This document shows, one piece after another, positions 44,301 to 53,538 of a stretch of DNA of 64,000 bases. The number at the start of each line of letters is the position of its first letter. The first letter of the stretch is position 1. This stretch comes from an uncultured Alphaproteobacteria bacterium (lineage in GTDB: Bacteria; Pseudomonadota; Alphaproteobacteria; Rhizobiales; Hyphomicrobiaceae), in the NCBI GenBank assembly GCA_963847145.1, contig CAWJYN010000002.1, forward strand, positions 17,810 to 81,809, in the 5' to 3' direction. The notes below the pieces were generated by a model, which did no database searches, had not been told where the DNA came from, and worked only from the letters and a program-made list of their open reading frames with translations. The translations under genes and the position numbers were made by a program.

Positions 44301-45335
44301 ATGCCCGTAAGCGTACCGAAAATGACCGCTCTGAAGGCCGCCGCTGTGCTGGCCTTGGGAGCACTGGCGACGATCGCCGCGCCCGCCCAGGCGCAGTACA
44401 ACCCCAGCCAGCTCCGCGAAGACCTCAACCGCAACACAGCGAGCATCATCACGGGCACGCCGAGCGGCACTTACGTGCAGATAGCCTACGACATGAGCGC
44501 GGTGCTGGATGATGGCAATAACCTGCGCATCCTGCCGATCCTCGGCAAAGGCAGCGTGCAGAACGTGAAGGATATCTTGCATCTGCGCGGCATCGACATG
44601 GGCATCGTGCAGTCGGACGTGATGGGCTATTTCCGTCAGACGGGCGAGCTGGGCCGCGATATCGACAAGCGGCTGGTGTACGTGACGAAGCTCTACAACG
44701 AAGAAGTGCACATCGTTGCCGGCAAGGGCATCACGTCGCTGAAGGACCTCGCTGGCAAGCCGGTCAATTTCGCCGAGCAAGGTTCCGGCACGCAGTTCTC
44801 TGCGCGGCAGATCTTCAAACTGTTGAAACTCGACGTGCGCGAAGTCAACATGGGCCAGACGGATGGCTTGCTGAAGGTGAAGCAAGGTGAGATCGCTGCC
44901 ACCATCTTCGTCGCTGGCCGGCCGGCCGCGGCAGTGAAGGCACTAGCCAAGGACCCCGATTACAAGTTGCTGCCGATCCCATTCTCAGCCGACGTCGAGA
45001 ACGACTATCTGCCAGCAAAGCTTTCCAACGAGGATTACCCGAACCTGATCGAAAGCGGCCAAAGCGTCGAGACCATTGCCGTGGGCGCCGTGCTCGCGGT
45101 CTTTAACTGGGGCGAGGGCACCGATCGCCAGCGCCGCGTGTCGGCGATCGTCGACAAGTTCTTCACAAAATTCGCCGACTTCCAGAAGGCACCGCGGCAT
45201 CCGAAGTGGAAGGAAGTCAATCTTGCGGCCCGCTTGCCGGGCTGGAACCGCCTGCCCGCGGCGACCGCATGGCTGGAGCGGAACGGCCAGGTCAAGCGGA
45301 GTGATGTTTCCGGTGCGACCAGCGCTGGCGAGTGA
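44301..45335 (+). CDS. periplasmic solute-binding protein (TAXI/NMT1-like)
   Basis: ATG 44301. Signal peptide MPVSVPKMTALKAAAVLALGALATIAAPAQA. Segment IITGTPSGTYVQIAYDMSAVL resembles the TAXI TGGxxGxYY region. Confidence 0.6.
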   Translation: MPVSVPKMTALKAAAVLALGALATIAAPAQAQYNPSQLREDLNRNTASIITGTPSGTYVQIAYDMSAVLDDGNNLRILPILGKGSVQNVKDILHLRGIDMGIVQSDVMGYFRQTGELGRDIDKRLVYVTKLYNEEVHIVAGKGITSLKDLAGKPVNFAEQGSGTQFSARQIFKLLKLDVREVNMGQTDGLLKVKQGEIAATIFVAGRPAAAVKALAKDPDYKLLPIPFSADVENDYLPAKLSNEDYPNLIESGQSVETIAVGAVLAVFNWGEGTDRQRRVSAIVDKFFTKFADFQKAPRHPKWKEVNLAARLPGWNRLPAATAWLERNGQVKRSDVSGATSAGE

Positions 45336-45359
45336 TCCCGTTGCTGTGAGCGTATCGAA

Positions 45360-45390
45360 CCCCGTCGCAGGCATGCGGCGGGGCTTTGCG
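45360..45390 (+). terminator. hairpin plus T-rich tail between convergent genes
   Basis: CCCCGTCGC (45360-45368) pairs with GCGGCGGGG (45375-45383) with one G-U. 6-nt loop, followed by CTTTGCG. Confidence 0.4.
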
Positions 45391-46248
45391 TTATGCAGAC
45401 ACGCCCTTCAGAAACGCTTCGACGGCGCGATTGAAAGCGTCTGCACGCTCGAAGTAGGCGGAGTGGCCGGCGTCGGCGAAGTGTTGCACGCGCGTGCCAG
45501 GCTTCAGACGTGCAATGGCATCGGCTGCAAACGGCGGAATGACGATGTCTTCGTCGCCCGACACAAACAGTACCGGGCATTGCACCTTCGCGATATCGGA
45601 CGGCGGTCGCACGCGGCCATCGAACAGCCGCTTGCGCAGAGCCATTTTGTCGAGGCCAGCGTTCATGTCGTCAACGTGACGGTAGAGCAGATGCAAAGCC
45701 GGTTGCTCGGCGGCCATGCGCGCGCCGGCGGCGACGTGGATGTTGTGGGCACCCAACGTTGAGGCGGCGGCCGTGCTTGACGTTTGCCAGTCTGCAAGCC
45801 GCCCATGTTCAGGACCCTCGATGCGCAGCGGATCAATCGTGCCGGTCGTGGCAGCCATGACGAGGGCGCGCACTTTGTCTGGCCGCGCCAGCGCATACTC
45901 AAGCGCACTCCACCCGCCCATCGATTGCCCAACGAGGGCCACGCGATCGAGTTGCAGCGTGTCGATGAGCGCCGCAAGATCGCCGAGGTAGTCTTTCGGA
46001 TCCGGACCAGCCGGCAGGTGGCCGGAGGGCGCAAACCCACGCGCGCTCAACGCGACGCACATGTGCGTCTTGGAAAAGTAGGCGATCTGCTGCCACCACG
46101 ACAGGGTATTGCCGCCGAGGCCGTGCAGGAAGATGATCGGCGCGCCGTCTCCAGTCACTTCATAGTGTAATCGGCAATCAGGCCGGTCCAGTGTGCCGAT
46201 GTGGCGGCGTGGCAGTTTGATGGGCTGGGACAGTGTCATCTGATACAA
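45391..46248 (-). CDS. alpha/beta-fold hydrolase
   Basis: HGLGGN oxyanion region, nucleophile elbow GQSMGG, and a C-terminal AGHSAYFE. Confidence 0.8.
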   Translation of the reverse strand: MYQMTLSQPIKLPRRHIGTLDRPDCRLHYEVTGDGAPIIFLHGLGGNTLSWWQQIAYFSKTHMCVALSARGFAPSGHLPAGPDPKDYLGDLAALIDTLQLDRVALVGQSMGGWSALEYALARPDKVRALVMAATTGTIDPLRIEGPEHGRLADWQTSSTAAASTLGAHNIHVAAGARMAAEQPALHLLYRHVDDMNAGLDKMALRKRLFDGRVRPPSDIAKVQCPVLFVSGDEDIVIPPFAADAIARLKPGTRVQHFADAGHSAYFERADAFNRAVEAFLKGVSA

Positions 46249-46257
46249 CTCCAGACA

Positions 46258-47310
46258 TCAACCGAGTTCGGACCTGACCAGTGTTGCCGCCGCTGTCATC
46301 GCGCGCAGCTTGCCCATGGCGACGGCATGGTCGAGATATTTCATGCCGCAATCGGGCGCGAGCACGAGGCGGTTGGCATCGACAAATTTCAGCGCCGCAC
46401 GAATGCGCCCGGCGACTTGGTCAATCGTTTCGACGGCAGGTGTGCCGAGATCCAGAACGCCGCAGATGATATCTTTGCTTTTGAGGTCGGCCAGCACGCC
46501 CATGTCGAGCTTCGGCTGCGCGGCTTCGATCGACACTTGGGTAACGCGTGTCGATGAAAGTTCGCCCAGCAGCGAGTAGCCTGCGGGCTTGTCCTTGACC
46601 ACGTAGGCATAGCCGAAGCAGAGGTGCAGCGCGGTTGTGCCGCTGATGCCGTCGAGCGCTGCGTTGATCGCCGCAAGCCCATAGGCGCGTGCCGCGTCGG
46701 GCTTGGATTGCAGGTAGGGCTCGTCGAGTTGCACGATGTCGACGCCAACCGCTTTCAGTGCAGCCAGCTCTTTGTTCACTGCCGCCGCATAGGCGTGCGC
46801 GAGCCGCTCTGGATCGCCATAGTGATCGTCCTGCGCCAGTGATGTCAGCGTGAAAGGCCCGGGCACTGTCACGCGAATGGGGCGCGTCGTCAGTGACCGC
46901 AGATGGCGGGCGGCGTCTGCGAGAGGGCTGCGTTCCCAGGTGATGGGGCCGGTCACGCGCGGAACCGCGACATCACGGCCAAGGCGCGATTTGGTCATTC
47001 CGGGGCGGTCGAGATCAATCCCGCCGAGGCCGGTGGCGAACAAGTTGAAATAGCTCTCGCGGCCAACCTCGCCATCAGTGACGATATCGATGCCAGCGGC
47101 CTCCTGGTCGAGCACGGCGAGGCGGGCCGCGTCACGTTGCGCGGCCGCGCGCTCAGCGCCGGTAAGCCGCCACACCTTCTCCATCCGCACGCGCGGCGGC
47201 AGCTCGCCTTTGAGAATGGCCTTGTCGACCAGCCAATCGGGTTGCGGAAAGCTGCCGACAAGCGTCGTCGGCAGCAGTGGCAGTGGCGGGTGGGTTGCCA
47301 TGGCGATCAA
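46258..47310 (-). CDS. cobalamin-independent methionine synthase (MetE C-terminal domain)-like protein
   Basis: 350 aa. TTLVGSFPQPDWL start, QLDEPYL, and ALHLCFGY are typical of the MetE/URO-D-like family. Overlaps the upstream dioxygenase stop by 4 nt. Confidence 0.7.
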   Translation of the reverse strand: MIAMATHPPLPLLPTTLVGSFPQPDWLVDKAILKGELPPRVRMEKVWRLTGAERAAAQRDAARLAVLDQEAAGIDIVTDGEVGRESYFNLFATGLGGIDLDRPGMTKSRLGRDVAVPRVTGPITWERSPLADAARHLRSLTTRPIRVTVPGPFTLTSLAQDDHYGDPERLAHAYAAAVNKELAALKAVGVDIVQLDEPYLQSKPDAARAYGLAAINAALDGISGTTALHLCFGYAYVVKDKPAGYSLLGELSSTRVTQVSIEAAQPKLDMGVLADLKSKDIICGVLDLGTPAVETIDQVAGRIRAALKFVDANRLVLAPDCGMKYLDHAVAMGKLRAMTAAATLVRSELG

Positions 47311-48335
47311 TGCCCGTGCGCCGCAGCACCAACTTTGGATGGATCGGCACCGACGCGGCCGGAGGACTTGTCGGTCTCGCTCTCTATCGACAGCGCGAAG
47401 TTGAACTTGATGCTGTTGATGCCGGGCACTGGGCAGCCGGGCTGATCGGCCTTGATCGCGGCAATCAGATCGCCGTGCGCGCCGAAGACGACATCGTCCA
47501 TGATGTGTGGATCGCCGGCGACGTAAAGCGCGGTGACCATCTCACGGAAGCCACTGGCCGAGATGAGAAAATGAACGTGGGCCGGCCGGTTTCCGTGCCG
47601 CTTCTGGGCCGTGATCATTTCGCCGACCGGGCCGTCCATGGGGATAGAATAGAACAGCGGCCGGACCGAGCGGATGAAGTAGTCGCCGTTGGCGTCAGTG
47701 GTGAACTCGCCGCGGCAGTCCATGCTGTCGTCGTCCTGTTGCATGTCGTAGCGCCCGTCGGTGGCTGTCTGCCAGACGGAGACGATCGCGTTGGCAAGGG
47801 GTTTGCCCTTGGTGTCCGTCACCTTGCCCCACAAGATGACTTCGTCGGACGCGTCTTTGATGGAGATCTGTTCGCCGGGTTTGAACTTTGGCGCGTTCTC
47901 GCGGAAGAATGGGCCCAGCAGGCTTGAGTGCGTGGCTTCTTCCACGGCGGTGGTGTCGTGCATGGTGTTGATGAGCGTCGAAAGGCCGAGCGTATCGGAC
48001 AGCAGGATCACCTCCTGCCGCGAGGGCGTGCACTTCTGGCCGGTGCGGGTCAGAAAATCGATACCCTTGATCCATTCGGACGGCGTGAGTTTCACCTCCC
48101 GCGCGAAGGCATGCAGATGCTTGACGGCAGCCGCCATGATCTCTTTGAAGCGCGGATCGGGCGTCGTCGACATCTGCGCCAGGGCCGCGGCCGTAATCGT
48201 CTCGGTCGTGTATTCGAGCTTCACGTCGGTGACGTTGGCTTTGAAGGGCGCGGCAGGCGCCGCTGCCTGAGACTGCGTGCCGCCAGCACCGCCCTTGTCG
48301 GCGTTGCCATTTTTCCATCCAAAGAAGCCGCGCAT
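47307..48335 (-). CDS. intradiol ring-cleavage dioxygenase (hydroxyquinol/catechol 1,2-dioxygenase type)
   Basis: Dioxygenase_N-like helix region, then the catalytic core (GRYDMQQDD..., YFIRSVRPLFYSIP, RPAHVHFLISASGF). Confidence 0.8.
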   Translation of the reverse strand: MRGFFGWKNGNADKGGAGGTQSQAAAPAAPFKANVTDVKLEYTTETITAAALAQMSTTPDPRFKEIMAAAVKHLHAFAREVKLTPSEWIKGIDFLTRTGQKCTPSRQEVILLSDTLGLSTLINTMHDTTAVEEATHSSLLGPFFRENAPKFKPGEQISIKDASDEVILWGKVTDTKGKPLANAIVSVWQTATDGRYDMQQDDDSMDCRGEFTTDANGDYFIRSVRPLFYSIPMDGPVGEMITAQKRHGNRPAHVHFLISASGFREMVTALYVAGDPHIMDDVVFGAHGDLIAAIKADQPGCPVPGINSIKFNFALSIESETDKSSGRVGADPSKVGAAAHGH

Positions 48336-48420
48336 CTGTCATTCCCCATCGGCAATGTTGTGACCTGAGATACCCTGATCCCCGGCGAAGTAGGGTGTCA
48401 AGCAAGCGGCAGGTTAGAGC

Positions 48421-49218
48421 TCACACACACCGCGCCGTCAGCCCGCCATCGACGGGCAGGCAGACGGCGTTGATGTATTGGGCGTCGTCGGAGGCGAGGA
48501 ACACGGCGGCATGGGCCACGTCCCACGCGGTGCCCATTCGTCCGGGTGGGGTAGCTGCATGGCGGGCGGCCTGCATCTCTTCGATTGATGCGTACTGCCC
48601 CGATATCTGCGCGTAGATCAGCGGCGTGTCCATCAGGCCGGGCAGGATCGCGTTGCAGCGGAGGCCCTCGCGGGCGTACTGGATGGCAAGGCCGACAGTG
48701 AATTGGTTCACGCCACCCTTTGAGGCGTAATAGCTGGCGTAGGGGTAGCCCGTGTAGCGGATACCAGCCGATGACGAGATGTTGGTGATCACGCCGCGTT
48801 TCTGCGCCAGCATCGTGGGCAACACGGCCTTGGCGGTGCGGAACATCGAATTCAAATTGATGTCCATCTCGCGCAGCCACTGGTCTTCGCTCAACTCCAG
48901 CGGGCCGCCCATGCCGGCATGGCCGACGTTGTTGTGGAGAATGTCGAGCGTGCCGAACGCAGCCTTGGCACGCGTGGCGACCTGTTCAACGGCATCGAGT
49001 TTGGTCACGTCGCAGGTCAGCGCCAGCACCGTGCCGCCCTCGCCCGTGATGATGTGGGCGGTTTCCTCGGCGGCGGCCTTGTCCCAATCGATGGCCACCA
49101 CCCGCGCGCCGGCCCGGGCATAGGCGACCGCGGCGGCCTTGCCGTTGCCCCAGCCAGGCCCGATTGAACCAGCGCCGAACACAAGGGCAGTGCGCCCGGA
49201 AAGCTTCTTGTCCGCCAT
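48421..49218 (-). CDS. SDR-family oxidoreductase
   Basis: 265 aa from ATG 49218. Has GAGSIGPGWGNG, NNVG and YYASKGGV (YxxxK). Confidence 0.8.
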   Translation of the reverse strand: MADKKLSGRTALVFGAGSIGPGWGNGKAAAVAYARAGARVVAIDWDKAAAEETAHIITGEGGTVLALTCDVTKLDAVEQVATRAKAAFGTLDILHNNVGHAGMGGPLELSEDQWLREMDINLNSMFRTAKAVLPTMLAQKRGVITNISSSAGIRYTGYPYASYYASKGGVNQFTVGLAIQYAREGLRCNAILPGLMDTPLIYAQISGQYASIEEMQAARHAATPPGRMGTAWDVAHAAVFLASDDAQYINAVCLPVDGGLTARCV

Positions 49219-49367
49219 GCCCACATCCCGTTCGGCCGGTTCAGCCCGTTTTGGGGACATTGGTAGGGTGCAAAAGTCCACTCACGCAAGAGAGCAAAAC
49301 TGTGTTGACCAAAGGCGCAGATATGGAGATATTCACCCATTAGGTAATGGCTACCGCGAGGGGTGCT

Positions 49368-50858
49368 ATGCTCATTCGTTTCCTATTGTCTGTGTGTGTT
49401 CTTATTGCCGGCGTCGTTGCCGCCCAGGCCGAACGGCGGGTTGCGCTGGTGATCGGCAATGGCGCCTACAAGGCCGCGCCGGCGCTGCCCAACCCGCCCA
49501 AAGACGCCGAGGCGATGGCCTCCATGTTGAAGCTCCAAGGCTTCGAGGTGGTGCTCGGCACCGACCTTGACCGGGATGGCATGTCGGCGACGATTGCCAA
49601 GTTCGCCGACACCGCGCGCGGCGCTGATGTGGCGATGTTTTTTTATGCCGGCCACGGCATTCAGATCGATGGCAAGAACCTGCTGATCCCGACCGACGCC
49701 GTGCTCAAGAACGAGTTCGACGCCAAGGTGCGCACCGTTGAAATCGATACCGTCCTCAATCACACGATGACGGACGCGAAGGTCAAAATCGTGCTGTTGG
49801 ATGCGTGCCGCGAAAATCCGTTCGCCAAAGAGATCGCTGCGGGCGCGCCGAAGACCCGCTCAGTCGCGGTGGCGAATGGCTTGGCGGAAATGAAGCCGGG
49901 CGAAGGCACGTTGATCCAGTTCGCAACGGCGGCTGGCGCGCTGGCCTTTGACGGCACGGGCGAGAATAGCCCATTCACGGCGGCGCTTTTGAAGCATCTG
50001 CCGGCACCGGATATCGAAATCGGCCTTGCTATGAAGCATGTGCGTGCGCAGGTGGCAGACGATACGCGCAAGCAGCAGCAGCCCTGGGAAAGCACCAACA
50101 TGACCGGTGTTTTCTACATGAAGAAGACGGCGGCGTTGACGGCACCTGGGGCGGCGGCGCCCGCGCCGGCGGCTGGCATGGCGAGCTTCGATCCGCAAGT
50201 GCTGGAACTGGAGTTCTGGAATTCCATCAAGACGTCGACCAATCCGCAGGATTTCAAGGCTTACCTGGACAAGTATCCCACCGGGACGTTCGCATCGCTG
50301 GCACGCGTGCGCCACGATGGATTGAGCAAAGTTGCCAGCGCGCCGGGGTCGCTCAGTTCTGCCGCTGGCGCAGCCCACGCGCCGGTCTCCGGCGATGCCA
50401 CGGCAATCCGGACCGCTGAAGCGAGCATGGCGACCGAAGACGCGCTGGGTTTGAAAAGCGAGTCCTGGCAGGAGGCACAGCGCCGTCTGTCGGCCCTGGG
50501 CTTCGGGACGCGCGGCACGGACGGGCGCGTCGGGGACGGCACGCGGACGGGTATCCGCGGCTGGCAGGCCGCGCGTGGGTATCCCACAACGGGGTATTTC
50601 AACAAGTTGCAGCACGATGCACTGCTGACCGAGAACGTGCCGGCGCCGGCGGTGGCCAAGAAGCCGTCGCGAGATGACGACGACGACGAAAAGCCAGCAC
50701 GCCGCCGCGCCAGCAGCGGCAATAGTTCGGGCTCAAGTTCCGGTTCGAGTTCTGGGTCGAGTGGCCGCAGCAGTGGTAGCGGCGGCGATGCGGCAGCAGC
50801 AGCGGCAGCGGGCTTCATTGGTGGTGTCATCGGCGGTGCCATCGGCAAGAAGTGGTGA
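49368..50858 (+). CDS. exported caspase-like (peptidase C14) protein with peptidoglycan-binding domain and Gly-zipper tail
   Basis: Signal peptide MLIRFLLSVCVLIAGVVAAQA. Caspase dyad in FYAGHGIQ (His codon 49653-49655) and LLDACREN (Cys codon 49806-49808). PG_binding_1-like LSALGFGTRGTDGRVGDGTRTGIRGWQAARGYPTTGY. Ser/Gly tract, then GFIGGVIGGAIG. Confidence 0.8.
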   Translation: MLIRFLLSVCVLIAGVVAAQAERRVALVIGNGAYKAAPALPNPPKDAEAMASMLKLQGFEVVLGTDLDRDGMSATIAKFADTARGADVAMFFYAGHGIQIDGKNLLIPTDAVLKNEFDAKVRTVEIDTVLNHTMTDAKVKIVLLDACRENPFAKEIAAGAPKTRSVAVANGLAEMKPGEGTLIQFATAAGALAFDGTGENSPFTAALLKHLPAPDIEIGLAMKHVRAQVADDTRKQQQPWESTNMTGVFYMKKTAALTAPGAAAPAPAAGMASFDPQVLELEFWNSIKTSTNPQDFKAYLDKYPTGTFASLARVRHDGLSKVASAPGSLSSAAGAAHAPVSGDATAIRTAEASMATEDALGLKSESWQEAQRRLSALGFGTRGTDGRVGDGTRTGIRGWQAARGYPTTGYFNKLQHDALLTENVPAPAVAKKPSRDDDDDEKPARRRASSGNSSGSSSGSSSGSSGRSSGSGGDAAAAAAAGFIGGVIGGAIGKKW

Positions 50859-51127
50859 TAGCCAGCTTTGGAGTCGCGCAAGCGGACGGATCGATAGGGC
50901 GCCCGCCAACGCGCCGTCGCGCGTTCAGCCTGTAGATCAGGCTGTCGATCGGACCGTCGATCGGGTCGCGGCACGCCACCCGACCAGACAGGGTCGGCAG
51001 CGAGCGATGCCGGGTCTCGCCGCAGGGGCTGACGCGGCAGCAGCGTCAATTGAGGTGTTGCCCACACCAGGGTGACGTGAACGGTGCTTCTCAAGCGGGC
51101 TGAAAGAGCCTACGTTCCTTCCAGTGA

Positions 51128-52177
51128 ATGTCCCTTGGGAGCAGGTCGATGGCCGGAATTGACAGGCGTGCCTTCGGCTTTGGGCTGGCGACGGCCGCGA
51201 CGGTAGGGCTGATGCCGGCGGGCGCATCAGCACAGGCACCCGGCGACCTCTGGGTGGCGTTTGCGCAGCTTTCGGCGGATGCACGGAAGGTCGGACTGGC
51301 GGTGCCAATGGTGACAGCGCCGCAGCAGGCGACGGGCGCGCGGCCTGACTACCGGCAGCTGTTGCCAGCGCTCGTCGATTTCACCGACAAGCTGGACGAG
51401 GCGGCAACCAAGAGCACCGTGTTCGCCAACGAGATCGCCGCGCTCAAAAAGCGCGCCGCCGATATGCTGCAAGACATCAACAGACTTGAGAAGGCACCGC
51501 AACAGCGGTCTGATTGGCAGCAGCCGGCGGCACAGGGCTTTGGCCTGCTGGCGTTGCTGTCAACGCCGGCCAGCGCACAGAACGCCGTGCAGGATGCCAA
51601 GTTCCGCAAATATCACGACGGCTACCTGAAGCTGTTTGACGCTTGCAAGGTCAAGGCCGAGAACCGCTCGGAGGTGGACTGGTACATGTCCAAGCTGACG
51701 AGCGCCAAGTACCGGACGCGATACGAGGCGGTGGCCAATGCCGTCTGCGTGCCGTGGTATTTCATCGGCATCGTCCATGCACTGGAAGCTAGCCTCAACT
51801 TCGAAGGTCATCTGCACAATGGCGATCCGCTGTCGGAGCGGACGGTGCAGGTGCCAGCCGGGCGTCCCAAAATCTGGGGACCGCCGAGCGATTGGGAAGC
51901 GAGCGCCAGGGATGCACTGGAGTATGAGGGTTTCACCAACCAGACGGATTGGTCGCTGGCGCACACGCTGTTCCGTTACGAGGCCTATAACGGCTTCCGC
52001 AGCCGCGAGCTGCATGACATCAACACGCCCTACCTCTGGAGCTTCTCCAATCACTACGACAGCGGCAAGTTCGTGGCTGACAATGTGTGGTCTGATGATG
52101 CGGTCTCCAAGCAATGCGGCGCAGGTGTGCTGCTCCGTGAGCTGGTGACCAAGGGCTTGGTCAACTTTACGGCTTGA
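51128..52177 (+). CDS. Tat-signal periplasmic protein, C-terminal lysozyme-like (COG5526-type) domain suspected
   Basis: Twin-arginine motif GIDRRAFGFGLATAA..AGASAQA. C-terminal block VPWYFIGIVHALEASLNFEGHLHNGDPLSERTVQVPAGRP matches my recollection of COG5526 lysozyme-family proteins. Confidence 0.5.
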   Translation: MSLGSRSMAGIDRRAFGFGLATAATVGLMPAGASAQAPGDLWVAFAQLSADARKVGLAVPMVTAPQQATGARPDYRQLLPALVDFTDKLDEAATKSTVFANEIAALKKRAADMLQDINRLEKAPQQRSDWQQPAAQGFGLLALLSTPASAQNAVQDAKFRKYHDGYLKLFDACKVKAENRSEVDWYMSKLTSAKYRTRYEAVANAVCVPWYFIGIVHALEASLNFEGHLHNGDPLSERTVQVPAGRPKIWGPPSDWEASARDALEYEGFTNQTDWSLAHTLFRYEAYNGFRSRELHDINTPYLWSFSNHYDSGKFVADNVWSDDAVSKQCGAGVLLRELVTKGLVNFTA

Positions 52178-52209
52178 GGGGCGCGCGTCAGCGCAGCCGA
52201 GGATGCCGC

Positions 52210-53538
52210 ATGGGTACCTATGAAAAGGGCGACAGTGACGAGGACGAGATCGGGCGCCTCCAGAAGGCATTAGGCGTCGAGGCTGATGGCGAGTTCGGCG
52301 CGGACACCCTTGCAGCCGTAAAAGCGTGGCAGAAGGCCCACGGCGCCAAAGCCGATGGCATGGTCGGGCCCGATATGCTGCTGGCGCTGCGGCTGGACGA
52401 TCTGGTCGTTGTCGAGAAGGGTGACGAAGGCGAGCTGGTGCGCGGCTTGCAGGCCGCACTCGGCGTCAAGGCTGATGGCGAATTCGGCAGCGAGACTGAG
52501 CGCGCGCTGAAGGCCTGGCAGAAGGACAACGGCCACAAAGCCAACGGCAAGGCGCTGGTGGCGGCCTTGCGCGCGCTGGGCGTGGCGGGGCGTGCTGCGC
52601 CACGGGCTACTGCCCCAGTCGCGCGGCCGGCGGCACATCAGGTGCCGCGCGCCGCGCCAGTGCGTCCGGCGCCCGCGGCGCAAGACGCCATCGCACCCAC
52701 AGCGGTCTCGTCGTGGGCCTATCAACTCGCTGACATCGACCCAGACAAGATCGCCAAGCTGCCCGTCGACCTGTGCGTGATCGACTATTCAGCGGATGGC
52801 GAGGATGCGACGGCGTTCAAGCCCGCCGACACACAGCGCATGAAGACGCGGCCCGATGGTGGCCGCAAGCGACTGATTTCCTACATGAGCATCGGTGAGG
52901 CCGAGGACTACCGGTACTACTGGCAGAAGTCGTGGGAGACGGCGGCGACGCGCCCTGCGTGGCTCGATAATTTGAACCCGGATTGGGAAGGCAACTACAA
53001 GGTCCGCTATTGGGATCCGGCGTGGCAGGCGGTGATCATGGGCAGCCCGCAAAGCTATCTCGACAAAATCATCGCGGCGGGCTTCGATGGTGTTTATCTC
53101 GATATCGTCGATGCGTTCGAATACTGGCGCGACGACAAGCCCGAGCGGCCATCAGCAGCCGAGGACATGATCGCCTTCGTCTCGGCGATTGCCAGATACG
53201 CACGTGCGAAACAGCCGGGCTTCTGGATCATTCCGCAAAATGGCGAGGCACTGCTGGAAGACGCGGCCTATCGCAAAGTTATCAGCGCGCAGGCCAAGGA
53301 AGACATCTTCTTCGGCCAGGACGGCGACGGCAAACCGAACAAAAAGGACGCTGTTGATGATTGCCTTGGCTATCTCGCGCTTGCGCGCGAAGCGGGTTTG
53401 CCGATCCTGGCCATCGAATACCTGAAGGATGGCAAGAAGATCGGCGATGCGCAGGTGAAGCTTGCTGGCATTGGCTGCGCGCCGACATTCGGGCCGCGCG
53501 ATCTGAAGACGATCGACCTCAAACAGTTCGGCGGATGA
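52210..53538 (+). CDS. two PG_binding_1 domains fused to a TM1410/GH114-like glycoside hydrolase domain
   Basis: Duplicated LQKALGVEADGEFGADTLAAVKAWQK / LQAALGVKADGEFGSETERALKAWQK. C-terminal ISYMSIGEAEDYRYYW ... GFDGVYLDIVDAFEYW is typical of the TM1410-type (endo-alpha-1,4-polygalactosaminidase-like) fold. No signal peptide at ATG 52210. Confidence 0.65.
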   Translation: MGTYEKGDSDEDEIGRLQKALGVEADGEFGADTLAAVKAWQKAHGAKADGMVGPDMLLALRLDDLVVVEKGDEGELVRGLQAALGVKADGEFGSETERALKAWQKDNGHKANGKALVAALRALGVAGRAAPRATAPVARPAAHQVPRAAPVRPAPAAQDAIAPTAVSSWAYQLADIDPDKIAKLPVDLCVIDYSADGEDATAFKPADTQRMKTRPDGGRKRLISYMSIGEAEDYRYYWQKSWETAATRPAWLDNLNPDWEGNYKVRYWDPAWQAVIMGSPQSYLDKIIAAGFDGVYLDIVDAFEYWRDDKPERPSAAEDMIAFVSAIARYARAKQPGFWIIPQNGEALLEDAAYRKVISAQAKEDIFFGQDGDGKPNKKDAVDDCLGYLALAREAGLPILAIEYLKDGKKIGDAQVKLAGIGCAPTFGPRDLKTIDLKQFGG

